Source: an uncultured Solirubrobacterales bacterium
GTDB lineage: Bacteria > Actinomycetota > Thermoleophilia > Solirubrobacterales > JBBDJG01
Assembly: GCA_963816975.1 (NCBI GenBank)
Contig: CAWFMD010000001.1
Span: 223,479-287,478, forward strand
Length of the DNA: 64,000 nt
Direction: 5' to 3'
Part shown: positions 1 through 10,394 of the stretch, one piece after another
Layout of the letters: every line of letters begins with the position of its first letter
Numbering within the stretch: the stretch's first letter is position 1
Notes under the pieces: generated by a model
The model's database searches: none
Told to the model about the DNA's origin: nothing
Seen by the model: the letters and a program-made list of their open reading frames with translations, nothing else
Program-made: the position numbers and the translations under genes

Positions 1-471
1 ACCGGGGCGGCGTTCGGCGTCGCGAAGCTGATCTTCCAGGACGGCAACCTGCAGGGCCTGCTCGGTTTCGACTCCCAGGGTTTCCTCGATGCGTGGGGCC
101 CCGTGTTCTTCTTCGCGATGATCTTCGCGATCTCGATGGACTACACGGTGTTCCTGTTGAGCTCCGCCAAAGAGCACTGGGATCGCTCGCAAGACCCCAA
201 GCAGGCGATGGTCGAGGGCCTGGCGCACTCGGGGCGCGTGATCTTCGCAGCCGCCGCCGTGATGGTCGCGGTGTTCTTCACGTTCGCGCTGTCCGGGCCG
301 CTGCCACCCAAGGAGATGGGCGTGATCCTCGGCGTCGCCGTGCTGCTCGACGCCGCGCTGGTGAGGCTCGTGCTCGTGCCCGTGGCGCTGCGACTGCTGG
401 GTGCGCGCGCATGGTGGCTGCCTCGGTGGATCGACCGCGTGCTCCCCGACGTGCGCTTCGGCCACGCCTAG
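1..471 (+). CDS. MMPL/RND-superfamily membrane transporter, C-terminal fragment (N-terminus lies upstream of the window)
   Basis: Frame 1 is open from base 1. FFFAMIFAISMDYTVFLLS and the following hydrophobic helices are typical of the last TM bundle of MMPL exporters. Stop at 469-471. Confidence 0.8.
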   Translation, partial: TGAAFGVAKLIFQDGNLQGLLGFDSQGFLDAWGPVFFFAMIFAISMDYTVFLLSSAKEHWDRSQDPKQAMVEGLAHSGRVIFAAAAVMVAVFFTFALSGPLPPKEMGVILGVAVLLDAALVRLVLVPVALRLLGARAWWLPRWIDRVLPDVRFGHA

Positions 472-598
472 CCGCTCAGGTAGTGATCTAGTCGCAGGCG
501 GGCTGGTCGACCGCGCACGGCTGCCTCCGTGGAGACTGCGGATCGAGTGCGGTGGTCAGTACGCATGAGCCGGGCGGACGCCGCGGCTAGCTTCATAA

Positions 599-2032
599 GT
601 GAGCATGCCCGAGCACCTGACTCCCCTCGACGCGACGTTCCTCGAGCTCGAGCAGTCGGACGAATCCGCGCACATGCACATCGGCGGCGCGCTGATCTTC
701 GACCCGCGCCCCGATGGGACGGTCCCGAGCCTCGGCGACGTGTGCCGACACCTGGACTCGCGGCTCTCTCGGCTGCCGCGCTACCGGCGCAAGTTGTCCG
801 AGCCGCGCACAGGTGGCCTGAGGTGGCCGGCGTGGGAGGACGACGAGCGCTTTCATCTTGCGTCTCACGTGCGCCACGCCGCGCTCCCCGCGCCCGGTGG
901 GGAAGCCGAGTTGTGTGAGTGGCTGGGCGATTACTGGTCGCACCGTCTCGACCGCCGGCGGCCGCTGTGGGAGGTCGTGCTGCTGGACGGGCTCGAGGGG
1001 GATCGCTGGGCCCTGGTCACGAAGACGCATCACGCGATGGTGGACGGGGTCGGCTCCGTGGACGCGGGGTACCTGATGCTCGACGACACTCCGGAGCCGC
1101 CCGTCGAGCAAGGCGGCACCTTCGAACCCTGGCCTCCCTCAGCAGGCCCGCAGGCGCGGCGCTCTCGTCGGTCGCAGGTGGTGAGCGCCGTGCGCTGGAT
1201 GCCCGACCATCTGCTGCGAGTCGTGCGCGGCGGCGCGGACATCGCGCTGCATCCGCACAAGGCGATCGAGATGCTCGAGCGCTCGCGGGCGACCGTCGAA
1301 CTGCTCGTGCGCGATGAGGTTGTCAAGGCGCCACGCTCGTCCCTCAATTGCGACATGGGCGCGACGCGGAGCTTCGCGGTCGTGCGCGTGCCCCTGTCCG
1401 AGCTGAAGGCGGTCAAGGCGCGGCACGGGGGCACGGTCAACGACGTCGTGCTGGCCGCCGTCACCGGCGGGCTGCGGCGGCTGCTGACCGCGCGCGGGGA
1501 GCAGCCGCCCGCCCAGGGATTGCGTGCGATGGTTCCGATGAACGTGCGCCAGGCGTCCGAGAAGCTGGCGCTCGGCAACAAGATCTCGTCGCTGTTCGTC
1601 CACCTGCCGGTCGGGGCGGACACCCCGTTCGACCGGTACCGGCACGTGATGCAGGAGGCGGCTGCCATCAAGTCGAGCACCCAGTCGCTCGGCACGTCGA
1701 CGGTGATCTCGCTCGCCGGCCTGGCGCCGCCCGTGATCCACGCGAGCATCGCCCGCAGCCTGTATGCAACGCGCCTGTTCAACGTGACGGTCACCAACGT
1801 GCCCGGGCCCCAGCAGACGCTGTATGCGCTCGGGGCCCGGTTGCGCGAGATCTGGCCGCTGGTGCCGCTCGCCGCCGAGCACGCAGTTGGCGTGGCGATC
1901 TTCTCCTATGACGGAAACGTGGTCTTCGGCATCAATGCCGCCGCGGACGCGGTACCCGACCTGGACGTGCTGCGCGACGGGATCGCGGCCGAGATCGAAG
2001 CGCTGCGCGAGCTGACGGCGCAGCCGGCCTGA
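599..2032 (+). CDS. Wax ester synthase/diacylglycerol acyltransferase (WS/DGAT, Tgs-like)
   Basis: HHAMVDGVG matches the HHxxxDG active site. N-terminal PLDATFLELE is present and the 477 aa length is typical. Start is GTG 599 or ATG 605. Confidence 0.9.
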   Translation: MSMPEHLTPLDATFLELEQSDESAHMHIGGALIFDPRPDGTVPSLGDVCRHLDSRLSRLPRYRRKLSEPRTGGLRWPAWEDDERFHLASHVRHAALPAPGGEAELCEWLGDYWSHRLDRRRPLWEVVLLDGLEGDRWALVTKTHHAMVDGVGSVDAGYLMLDDTPEPPVEQGGTFEPWPPSAGPQARRSRRSQVVSAVRWMPDHLLRVVRGGADIALHPHKAIEMLERSRATVELLVRDEVVKAPRSSLNCDMGATRSFAVVRVPLSELKAVKARHGGTVNDVVLAAVTGGLRRLLTARGEQPPAQGLRAMVPMNVRQASEKLALGNKISSLFVHLPVGADTPFDRYRHVMQEAAAIKSSTQSLGTSTVISLAGLAPPVIHASIARSLYATRLFNVTVTNVPGPQQTLYALGARLREIWPLVPLAAEHAVGVAIFSYDGNVVFGINAAADAVPDLDVLRDGIAAEIEALRELTAQPA

Positions 2033-2033
2033 C

Positions 2034-3410
2034 ATGGGCATCACCGTCATAGAGGGGCGCCGGGACGAGCGCCGCAGGGTGCTGATCGCCGGCGGCGGCA
2101 TCGCCGCCGCCGAGACGTTGCTCGCCCTGCATGCGCTGGCGCCGTCGCGTGTGTCCGTCGAGCTGCTCGCCCCGGACCCCGACTTCACCTACCGTCCGTT
2201 GTCGGTCGGTGAGCCGTTCAAGCGCGCCTCGACCAAGCGCCTGCCGTTGGCCGATGTGGCGGCCGAGCATGGTGCGCGTTACCAACGCGCCGCGCTCGCA
2301 CGGGTGGATTCAGAGGATCGGGTCGTGCAGACCACAGCCGGCGAAGAGCTGGGATACGACTTCCTGGTCCTGGCGATCGGTACCCGGGCAACCGTGGCGC
2401 TGGCGGGGGCGCTGACCTTCCGCGGACCGGCCGACGTCGACGCGTTCGAGGGCCTGCTGGGCGACCTCGAGCGGGGCGCCGTGCGACGGCTTGCTTTCGC
2501 GGTACCGCACGGCGTCGGGTGGCCGCTACCGATCTACGAACTGGCTTTGATGACCGCCGCCCATCTGGCGTCGGCCGGCGTCTCCGGAGTCGACATCGCG
2601 ATCGTCACGCCCGAGCGCGAACCGCTCGGCATCTTCGGCCCGGCCTCGAGCGAGCGCGTCCGCGCACTGGCCGACGGCGCCGGGATCCAGCTGCTCACAT
2701 CGAGTGCGCCGTCCTCGATCGAGCCCGGCCGCCTGATCCTGATGAACGGGGACGTCGTGCCCGCCGATCGCGTGGTGGCGCTGCCGGCACTCGATGTCCC
2801 TCCGATCCCGGGAGTGCCGCAGGGACCGCGCGGCTTCATCCCGACGGACCCGTCGTTCCTGGTGGACGGACTCGAGCGGGTGTACGCGGCGGGCGATGCC
2901 ACCTGGTATCCGATCAAGCAGGGCGGACTCGCGGCCCAGCAGGCCGACGTGGTCGCGACGGCGATCGCCGCCGCGACCGGCGAGCCGGTGCGGCCCACCC
3001 AGTTTCACCCGGTGCTGCGCGGGATCCTGGTCGGCGGTGACAGGCCGCTGCACATGCGGGACGGAGAGGGATCGGATTCGGCCGCCGGCAGCGAGCCGCT
3101 GTGGTGGCCGCCCGGCAAGGTCGCCGGCCTCTACCTGACGCCCTACCTGGCCGAGCGCCGCGGCGACCCTCCGCGTGCACCGCTGGCCGAGATCGAGCGG
3201 CCGCTTCCGGACGAAGAGGGGGTCGATCAGGCGGGTGTGCTGGATCTGACCCTGGCCGCAGCCGATGCGAGCGCACGCTCGGAGGACTTCGAAGGAGCCC
3301 TGCGCTGGCTCGATGCCGCCGAGCAGCTGAACGTCGTCCTGCCGATCGAATACGCGCGCAGGCGCCGCACGTGGAATGTTGCGATGGCGGAGCAACGGCT
3401 GGAGCGCTAG
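2034..3410 (+). CDS. FAD-dependent pyridine nucleotide-disulfide oxidoreductase (SQR/NDH-2-like)
   Basis: Rossmann motif LIAGGGIAAAE at the N-terminus and VYAAGDAT near the C-terminal FAD site. The ATG lies 1 nt after the upstream stop. Confidence 0.8.
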   Translation: MGITVIEGRRDERRRVLIAGGGIAAAETLLALHALAPSRVSVELLAPDPDFTYRPLSVGEPFKRASTKRLPLADVAAEHGARYQRAALARVDSEDRVVQTTAGEELGYDFLVLAIGTRATVALAGALTFRGPADVDAFEGLLGDLERGAVRRLAFAVPHGVGWPLPIYELALMTAAHLASAGVSGVDIAIVTPEREPLGIFGPASSERVRALADGAGIQLLTSSAPSSIEPGRLILMNGDVVPADRVVALPALDVPPIPGVPQGPRGFIPTDPSFLVDGLERVYAAGDATWYPIKQGGLAAQQADVVATAIAAATGEPVRPTQFHPVLRGILVGGDRPLHMRDGEGSDSAAGSEPLWWPPGKVAGLYLTPYLAERRGDPPRAPLAEIERPLPDEEGVDQAGVLDLTLAAADASARSEDFEGALRWLDAAEQLNVVLPIEYARRRRTWNVAMAEQRLER

Positions 3411-3412
3411 CG

Positions 3413-5754
3413 GTGGCGCTGCCGCTCGAGCATTGCGCGGACCTGCCGGCAGCGCGCGTCGGAGGCAAGGCGCAGATGCTCGGCGCCGCGCTGCGCGCGG
3501 GGTTTCCCGTCCCACCGGGGGTGCTGATCGAGCCCGGCGAAGCGGTCGACGCGTCCGCAGTGGTCGCCGCCCTCGGGGCAGGGCCGTTCGCCGTGCGTTC
3601 CTCCTCCCCCCACGAGGACGGCTCCCGTGCCTCTTGGGCGGGGCAGTTCGCGACACATCTGTGGGTCGAGGTGGGTGCGCTGCCGGGGGCAGTCGAGGAC
3701 GTGCGCGCCTCCGGCGCCGGTGCGGCGGCGCGGGCTTATGGCGGCCATTCGAAGGCGATCCCCGCACTCGTACAGCCGATCGTGGCAGCCGATGCAGCCG
3801 GGGTGATGTTCACGATCGATCCGCGCGACGGGCGCGATGACCGCTGCGTGGTCGAAGCCGTGGCGGGGCTCGGCGACCCGCTGGCGGACGGGCGGGCCGA
3901 GCCGGCGCGGTTCCTCGTGGACGCGGGCTCGGAGCGGCTGCTCGAAGCGGAGCACCCCGCGGCGGCCGGCATCGACAGCGAGCGCGTGTGCGAGGTTGTG
4001 GCCCTCGGGCTACGGGTGTCCGAATGGAGGGGTGAGCCGCTCGACATCGAGTGGGCATGGGCGCTCGACCGTCCGTGGCTTCTGCAGGCCCGGCCGATCA
4101 CCGCCGCATCGTGGACGCCCGCCGCCGGGCAGTGGACCGCGGCGAACTTCAAAGAGGTGATGCCGGGCGTGGTGACGCCCCTGACGGCGTCGATGAGCCT
4201 CGAGCACGACTTCCCGCGCGCCACCAGCGACTTCGCCGCGGACCTCGGGTTGATCAAGCGGGGCGCACGCGTTACGGAGGGCCGCTTGTTCTACGGCCAC
4301 GCGTACTGGCGCGTCGACACGGTGAAAGACACGATGCTGCGGCTCCCCGGCTTCCGCGAGCGCGCGTTCGACACGACGATCGGCATCGCGGCCGCATATG
4401 AGGGCGACGGGCGGACGGCGGGGATGACCCCGAGCACGCTGCGGCACGGGCTGCCTGCGCTGCGCGCACTGCGGCGGGCGTACCGTCAGGACGGACCCGC
4501 AGCCGGCCGCTACCGGGATGCCTTTGCCGCCGAGGAGGCGGAGTGGCTCGCGCTCGGCTGGCGCTCGATCTCGGATCAGGAACTGACGGCCCGGGTGCAG
4601 GCCGCGGTTGAACAACACTGGCGCACGAACCGCTGGGCGATGCGGGTCTCCTTTCTCTCCGAGCAGGCGCAGGACGACCTCCGCGGGGCGCTGCGCCGCG
4701 TCCGCGGACTCGACCCGCCGCCCTGCGAGGGCCTGTTGCTGGCCGGGCTCGAGGAGCTCGCGACAGGGCGGCCCGTGCGGGAGCTGGCGCGGCTCGCCGC
4801 GCGCCACCGTGGGCTGCGCGAGGAGGTGCTGGCCGCCGACCGCATGGAGGCCCTGCCCGCGGCGGTGCGGACCGACTTCTCCGTGCTTGTCGCGCGGCAC
4901 GGCCACATGGCCGAGGCCGACGAGGAGCTCTCGCAGCCGCGCTGGGACGAGGACCCGAGCATCCCGCTCGCACTGCTGAAAGCCGCGATCCGCGCCGAAG
5001 ACGCACGCCCCCACACCGACGGCGCACCGCTCATGCCCGACCGTGAAGCTGAGGAGCGCCGAGTACTCGGCGCCGCCGGCCGGCGGCGCCGGTCGCTGCG
5101 CCGCAAGCTCGCGCTGGCACGCAGCTACGCGTGGTGGCGTGAGGAACTGCGGGACGTGCTCACACGCACGAACCGGCTCACCCGCCGCGCGTTCCTGGCG
5201 CTCGGCGAGCGCTGGGTCGAGCGGGGCCTGATCGAAGACCCCGCGGACGTCTTCTGGATGAAGGCCGACGAGGTGACCGCCGTGCTCGGCGGCGAGCTCG
5301 ACCTCCACGACCTGGCCGCTCTGGTACCGGAACGCCGCCGTCACGCGGACCGCTTTCGCCGCTGGCGCCCGCCGGAGACGCTGGGCGCGCCCCCCGCGCG
5401 TTGCCCGCACCTCCCGGCGGCGGCCGCGCGCTCGCCGGAACCGCATGCTCGCCGGGCATCGCCGAGGGACCGGTTTGCGTGCTGCGCTCACTTGACCAGG
5501 CGGCGGCCGTGGCGCCCGGATCGATCTTGGTGCTCGAGTACTCGAATCCCGGCTGGACGCCGGTCTACAACGTTGCAGCCGGGCTCGTCACCGAGGAGGG
5601 AGGGCTGCTCTCGCACGGCTCGATCGTGGCGCGCGAGCGCGGCCTGCCGGCGGTCATCCAGGTACGCGACGCGACACGCTTGCTGCACGACGGGCAGCGC
5701 GTGCGCATCGACGGGGACCGGGGCAGCGTGCTGGTGCTGGACGCAGGCCGATGA
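3413..5754 (+). pseudogene. PEP-utilising enzyme with ATP-grasp PEP/pyruvate-binding domain plus swivel phospho-His domain (PpsA/rifampin-phosphotransferase-like architecture), apparent frameshift
   Basis: From GTG 3413, frame 2 encodes RVGGKAQMLG, FAVRSSSPHEDG and MFTIDP (PPDK_N type). The mobile His domain (SPGIAEGPVCVL...GGLLSHGSIVARERGLPAV) is in frame 1 (5401-5754). The frame switch lies near the C6 run at 5390-5395. One extra C would give a continuous protein of about 780 aa. Confidence 0.7.
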
Positions 5755-5776
5755 AGCGCGACAGAGGAGGTTGACG

Positions 5777-7024
5777 ATGCAGGCGACCACGCAATCGATG
5801 ACGAACGAGGCGGCATTCGAGTTGATCGGGTCCTACCTCTCACCCCACAAGTCCGAGGCATTCAAGGCGCTGGGGTTCGGGGCCGTCCAGGGCCGGCGCG
5901 CGGGCGTGCACATCTGGGACCTCGAGGGCAACTCCTTCATCAACTGCCGCAGCTCGGGCGGCGTTTTCAACTTCGGGCACCACCCGCAATTCGCGGTCGA
6001 CGCGTTGAAGGCCGCACTCGACGAGCACGACATGGGCGACTGGCTGCTCCCTTCGCTGCGCCGGGCGAGGGCAGCGGAGGCGCTGGCCGGGGTACTGCCC
6101 GCGGGGCTGCGCTACACGTTCTTCACCCCGTCGGGGGCGGAGGCGATCGAGGTGGCGTGCAAGCTCGCGCGTGGAGTTACCGGTAGGACCGGAATCGTGT
6201 GCGGCGAGCACGGTTACCACGGACACGTCGGGTTTTCCCTCGCGATGGACGAGCACGAGTATTCACGGTGGTTCAAGCCGCTCGTGCCCGGCATCGCGAA
6301 GGTACCGTTCGGCGACATCGAGGCGATCGACCGCGCCGTGGGACACGACACGGCGGCCGTGTGCCTGGAAACGATCCAAGCGACCGCCGGGGTCGTGATT
6401 CCGCCGGAGGGCTATCTCGAGCACGTACGCGCGCTGTGCGATGAGCGCGGGGCGTTGCTGATCCTGGACGAGGTGCAGGCCGGCCTCGGGCGCACGGGCC
6501 GTGTGTGGTCGTGCGAGCACTGGGGCGTCACGCCCGACCTGCTCGTGTCGGGCAAAGGCCTTGCGGCCGGCCTCTATCCGGTGTCGGCGTGCTCGTTCAC
6601 CGCGCGCGTGGAAGAGTTCTTCGGCGAAGACCCGTTCTTTCACCCGTCGAGTTTCGGCGGATCCGAGCTCGCCGCGGCAATCGTGGAGGAGGTCGCAGCA
6701 CGCGTGGCGGACAAGGGCTTCCTCGCCCACGTCATGCGCATGGGGGAGCGTTTCGGCGCCGGGTTCGAGGATCTTCGGCGGCGCCACCCCGCGCGGCTGG
6801 TCGGCTACCGCGCGAAGGGCCTGATGATGGCGCTCCAGACCCACTCGGATGAGCAGGGCATCGAGCTGGCGCGCCGCTCCATCCAAAACGGGGTTCTCGC
6901 GATCTTCGCAAACAACCGCCGCTCGGCGCTGCTCGTGATGCCGCCGCTCGTGATCTCCGAGGAGGAGGTCGACGAGGTGCTCGACAGGCTCGATGCCGCG
7001 CTGACCGGAATGGTCGGCGGCTGA
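5777..7024 (+). CDS. Class III PLP-dependent aminotransferase
   Basis: LILDEVQAGLGRTGRVW and the SGKGLAAG lysine motif. RBS GAGGAGG lies 6 nt upstream of the ATG. Length is 415 aa. Confidence 0.9.
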   Translation: MQATTQSMTNEAAFELIGSYLSPHKSEAFKALGFGAVQGRRAGVHIWDLEGNSFINCRSSGGVFNFGHHPQFAVDALKAALDEHDMGDWLLPSLRRARAAEALAGVLPAGLRYTFFTPSGAEAIEVACKLARGVTGRTGIVCGEHGYHGHVGFSLAMDEHEYSRWFKPLVPGIAKVPFGDIEAIDRAVGHDTAAVCLETIQATAGVVIPPEGYLEHVRALCDERGALLILDEVQAGLGRTGRVWSCEHWGVTPDLLVSGKGLAAGLYPVSACSFTARVEEFFGEDPFFHPSSFGGSELAAAIVEEVAARVADKGFLAHVMRMGERFGAGFEDLRRRHPARLVGYRAKGLMMALQTHSDEQGIELARRSIQNGVLAIFANNRRSALLVMPPLVISEEEVDEVLDRLDAALTGMVGG

Positions 7025-7057
7025 GGGAGGGAGCCGCTGCGATCGACGCCGGAGTCC

Positions 7058-7303
7058 CTAGGCCGGCGCGCGCTTGCGTGCCTGCCGCTTGTCGGCCGGC
7101 TTCTCCTGCTTCCGCACCGTTGCGTCGGGGCCCGGGAAGAAGATGGACTCGTGCTCGTCGTCCGCCCATCGCACGCGGTAGTGCTCGTTGCCGGTGGTGC
7201 CGAGCACCTCTATGACCAGCGCATGGCGAGGTGGTTGCCCTTGCACGTGACCGTGAACCTCGATCCAGTCTCCGGCGCGGGCGACTTCCTTCTGCGGCGA
7301 CAT
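7058..7303 (-). CDS. DUF1918-like small SH3-fold protein (Rv2302-like)
   Basis: The pattern GDWIEV...ALVIEVLG...YRVRW...HE...FPGPDA matches my memory of the DUF1918 signature. Confidence 0.75.
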   Translation of the reverse strand: MSPQKEVARAGDWIEVHGHVQGQPPRHALVIEVLGTTGNEHYRVRWADDEHESIFFPGPDATVRKQEKPADKRQARKRAPA

Positions 7304-7431
7304 ACTTTTGCTCCTCTCGTTCGGCGCGCAGCCTCAGGCGTGCGACTGGCGGGTCGGGATTCGATGATCGTCCCCGCGGGAGGCCGCCGGTTCATCAGTG
7401 CTGGACGCGGATCGCGCTCCGTCCTTTCTAC

Positions 7432-7932
7432 CTAGAGGCCCCGTGCGCGTCCCATTCCCGAGGGGCGGTGCTCGTCGGCCGGGGGGATCACAAGCACGGG
7501 TCGCCCGCAGTGGTGGGCGACGCCGCTCGACACGCTTCCCAGGAGGAACGAGCCCACCGGCGAGAACTTGCGCGGGCCGAGCACGACCGCCCGTGCGTCC
7601 TGCTCCTCGGCAAGCTGGACGATGTGCGGCCAGATACCGTCGTTGCTCCTGACGCACAGCGCCTCCGCGTCGAAGCCGGCGCTTCGCGCGAGCGCGGCGC
7701 CTTCATCGGCGAGGCGCTGCGCCGCCTCGGCGCCGGCCGAGTCGAGCTCGGCCGCCTGCTCCACGAGCGGGCCGGGCGAGTGGATCAGCGGGTTTCGCAG
7801 CATCAGCGCCGAAACCGGCTCCCAGACATGGACGACGAGCGCCGTCCCCCCACCGAGCAGGCCGGCCGCTTCTGCGATCGCCCGCCGCGCGCCGTCGGAT
7901 CCGTCGAAGCAAAGGAGCACAGGACCTGTCAA
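7432..7932 (-). CDS. Universal stress protein (single USP domain)
   Basis: VLLCFDGSDGARRA...VVLGPRKFSPVGSFLLGSVSSGVAHHCGRPVLVI. The TTG start overlaps the ATPase stop (TTGA). Confidence 0.85.
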   Translation of the reverse strand: MTGPVLLCFDGSDGARRAIAEAAGLLGGGTALVVHVWEPVSALMLRNPLIHSPGPLVEQAAELDSAGAEAAQRLADEGAALARSAGFDAEALCVRSNDGIWPHIVQLAEEQDARAVVLGPRKFSPVGSFLLGSVSSGVAHHCGRPVLVIPPADEHRPSGMGRARGL

Positions 7933-10394
7933 GTCTTCTCCTTCCGGTCGAGATCGTCCGATCCACCGCTCGCGGGCGCCGGCGGAAAGCCGCTCGCCAG
8001 CAGGCCGGCGACGGCGATCGCGCTGCCCAGTATGGCGGTGAGGAGGATCGGCGCGCTCGGAACCGCAAGCTCGAAGAAGGTGCGCGAGGCGGGGAGGGCC
8101 AGCGCGAGGCCGAACAGCATGGCGAGCCCCCCGCACAGCAGGGCGACAGGCGTCCGGCGGCGGCGCGCCGAGCCCTCCAGCGCGAGCACCAGGGACAGGC
8201 CGACCAGCACCAGCGCGGTGGCGGCCACCGTGCGCGACTCGCGCAGCGACAGCTCGAGCGCGTTGAGCGCGAACTGGTAGCTCGCGACGACCGCTACTCC
8301 CGCCCCGACCCCCGCCGGGACCGCGAAGCGCCCCAACTCGCGCAGGAACGCGGTCGGGCGCCATGCGCCGCTGCTGGGGGCGAGGGCAAGGAAGAAGGTC
8401 GGGATGCCGATCGTGAGCGTCGCCGCCAGGCTGAAATGGCGCGGCAGCAGCGGGTAGGCCGTCGCAGTCGTGCCGATCGTGAGGATCAAGAACGCTGCGA
8501 AGACGGACTTGCTCACATACAGCTTTGCGACGCGCTGGAGGTTGCGCAGGATCTGGCGGCCCTCCTTCACCATCGGCGGCACGGCGTCGAAGCCTCCCTG
8601 CACGAGCACGACGTCGGCGACGCTCTTGGCCATCTGCACCCCGCTGCCCTGGGCGATCGCCAGGCGGGCCGCCTTCAATGCGGGCACGTCGTTGACACCG
8701 TCGCCCACCATCACGACGAACCGTCCCGCGTCGCGCAGCGCACGCACGCACGCGCTCTTCTGGCTCGGCGAGAGACGTCCGATCACCGTCGCCTCGACGG
8801 CCATCCTGCGCAGTTGTGGCGAGTCCTCCCCGATGTGGGATGCGTCGACGGGCGGGCCCGTCAGCTTCATGCCGGCATCCTCCGCGATGGCTGCGACCGT
8901 GGCCGGATTGTCACCGGAGAAGACCTTCAGCTGCACCCCCTGGTCGAGGAAGTAGCCGACGGTCTCCCGTGTCTCGGGCCGCAGCGGCTCGGTCAGCACC
9001 GCGACGCCGAGCAGCTCGGTGCGCGGTGGAGCGTCCGAGGTCGGGTCGTGGTTCGGGTCGAGCGCGCCTTGGGCTCTCCCGAATGCGACGACGCGGCGCC
9101 CGGCGCGCTGCTCGGCGGCCACGCGCTCGCCGAGCCCGTCCAGCGCGAACAGCTCGGGCGCGCCGAGCACATATCCGATCGCGCCGAGCTGCATCGCGCT
9201 CCAGCGCCGGCGCGAGGAGAACGGGATCTCCATCACCGGCGCCTCGGGCTCGGCGGGGCGGGCCCGCGCGAGCGCGCGCACGGTCTCGTTGGGTGAGGTG
9301 GTCGAGGCCGCGTAGCGGCCCAGCAACACTCCAACTGTCTGCGGGTCGGCGTGCGCAGCGGGCAGCAGGTCCACCAGGGCCAACCCGCTCTCGGTGAGGG
9401 TCCCGGTCTTGTCGAAGCACACGACGTCTGCGGATGCGATCGACTCGATCGAGTTGAGCCGTTGCACGAGCGCGCCACGGCGCGTCATGCGCAGCGCGCC
9501 GACCGCGAAAGTGAGGCTCATCAGCAGGATCAGCCCTTCGGGAACGAGGCTCACGACAGCGGCAGTCGCGGTGGTGACGGCTTCCTCCGTCGGCGTCTCG
9601 CGCGCCCACAGGGAGTAGCCGAGGATCGCCGCCAGCGGCAGCATCACGGCCACCAGCATCATCAGCAGCCGGTTGAAGGCGCGCTCCAGCGGGGAGCGCA
9701 GGCGCTCGTACACCCGCGCGTCCGCCGCGAGGCGCTCGGCGTAGCTTTCGGGACCGACCGCCTCTACCTCATACAGGCCGGTGCCTTCCACCGCGAAGGA
9801 GCCCGACCGGACGGCCTCACCGTCCGTCCGCGCGACGGCGTGGGACTCGCCCGTGAGGATGGACTCGTCGAGCATCAGTCCCACGTCCTGCACCACATGT
9901 CCGTCCGCGACGACCTGATCGCCGCTTTGGAGCCGTACGAGATCCCCGGCGACCACGCCCGCGATCTCGAGGTCGCGCTCCGTGCCCGCGCGAATCACGC
10001 GGGCCGTGGGCGTCACGAGCGCCGCCAGCCGGTCCAGCGCGCGCTTCGCGCGCGCCTCCTGGGTCACGCCGATGGTGGTGTTGACGACGAGCACGCCGAG
10101 GAAGAGCGCATCGCGCCAGTCGCCGAACGCGAGCGTCAGCGCTCCGAAGACGGCCAGGATCGCGTTGAACACCGTGAAGACGTTGCCCGCCACGATGCTC
10201 GCGTAGGAGCGGCTCGCGCTGGGCGGCTTGAACGGAGCCCGCGCGGCAAGCCGGTGCGCGGCCTCGGCCTCGGAGAGGCCACGCCGCGGCTGGTGATGGG
10301 TTACCGCTTGGCCGAGCTCGACCGGGTCACCTTGGTCGTGTCTGGCGGGCACCGGCTCCACCGCGGCCGGCTCGCGGCGGTGATTGTGGAGCAT
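7929..10394 (-). CDS. P-type cation-transporting ATPase (type II-like, CtpF-like)
   Basis: Motifs TGES, PEGL, CFDKTGTLT and MVGDGVNDVPALK. N-terminal GLSEAEAAHRL. The exact start is uncertain because the ORF overlaps the upstream USP by 68 nt. Confidence 0.9.
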   Translation of the reverse strand: MLHNHRREPAAVEPVPARHDQGDPVELGQAVTHHQPRRGLSEAEAAHRLAARAPFKPPSASRSYASIVAGNVFTVFNAILAVFGALTLAFGDWRDALFLGVLVVNTTIGVTQEARAKRALDRLAALVTPTARVIRAGTERDLEIAGVVAGDLVRLQSGDQVVADGHVVQDVGLMLDESILTGESHAVARTDGEAVRSGSFAVEGTGLYEVEAVGPESYAERLAADARVYERLRSPLERAFNRLLMMLVAVMLPLAAILGYSLWARETPTEEAVTTATAAVVSLVPEGLILLMSLTFAVGALRMTRRGALVQRLNSIESIASADVVCFDKTGTLTESGLALVDLLPAAHADPQTVGVLLGRYAASTTSPNETVRALARARPAEPEAPVMEIPFSSRRRWSAMQLGAIGYVLGAPELFALDGLGERVAAEQRAGRRVVAFGRAQGALDPNHDPTSDAPPRTELLGVAVLTEPLRPETRETVGYFLDQGVQLKVFSGDNPATVAAIAEDAGMKLTGPPVDASHIGEDSPQLRRMAVEATVIGRLSPSQKSACVRALRDAGRFVVMVGDGVNDVPALKAARLAIAQGSGVQMAKSVADVVLVQGGFDAVPPMVKEGRQILRNLQRVAKLYVSKSVFAAFLILTIGTTATAYPLLPRHFSLAATLTIGIPTFFLALAPSSGAWRPTAFLRELGRFAVPAGVGAGVAVVASYQFALNALELSLRESRTVAATALVLVGLSLVLALEGSARRRRTPVALLCGGLAMLFGLALALPASRTFFELAVPSAPILLTAILGSAIAVAGLLASGFPPAPASGGSDDLDRKEKT

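Noticed and set aside
3101-7024. A 1307-aa ORF that looks like a giant PEP-utilising enzyme fused to an aminotransferase
   Set aside because: Its first 104 codons overlap the upstream flavoprotein gene and are Arg/Gly/Ala junk. Codons between about 5400 and 5776 are Arg/Ser/Cys junk, while the true swivel domain is in another frame. The aminotransferase has its own RBS and ATG at 5777. The ORF is an artefact of stop-codon scarcity plus a frameshift.
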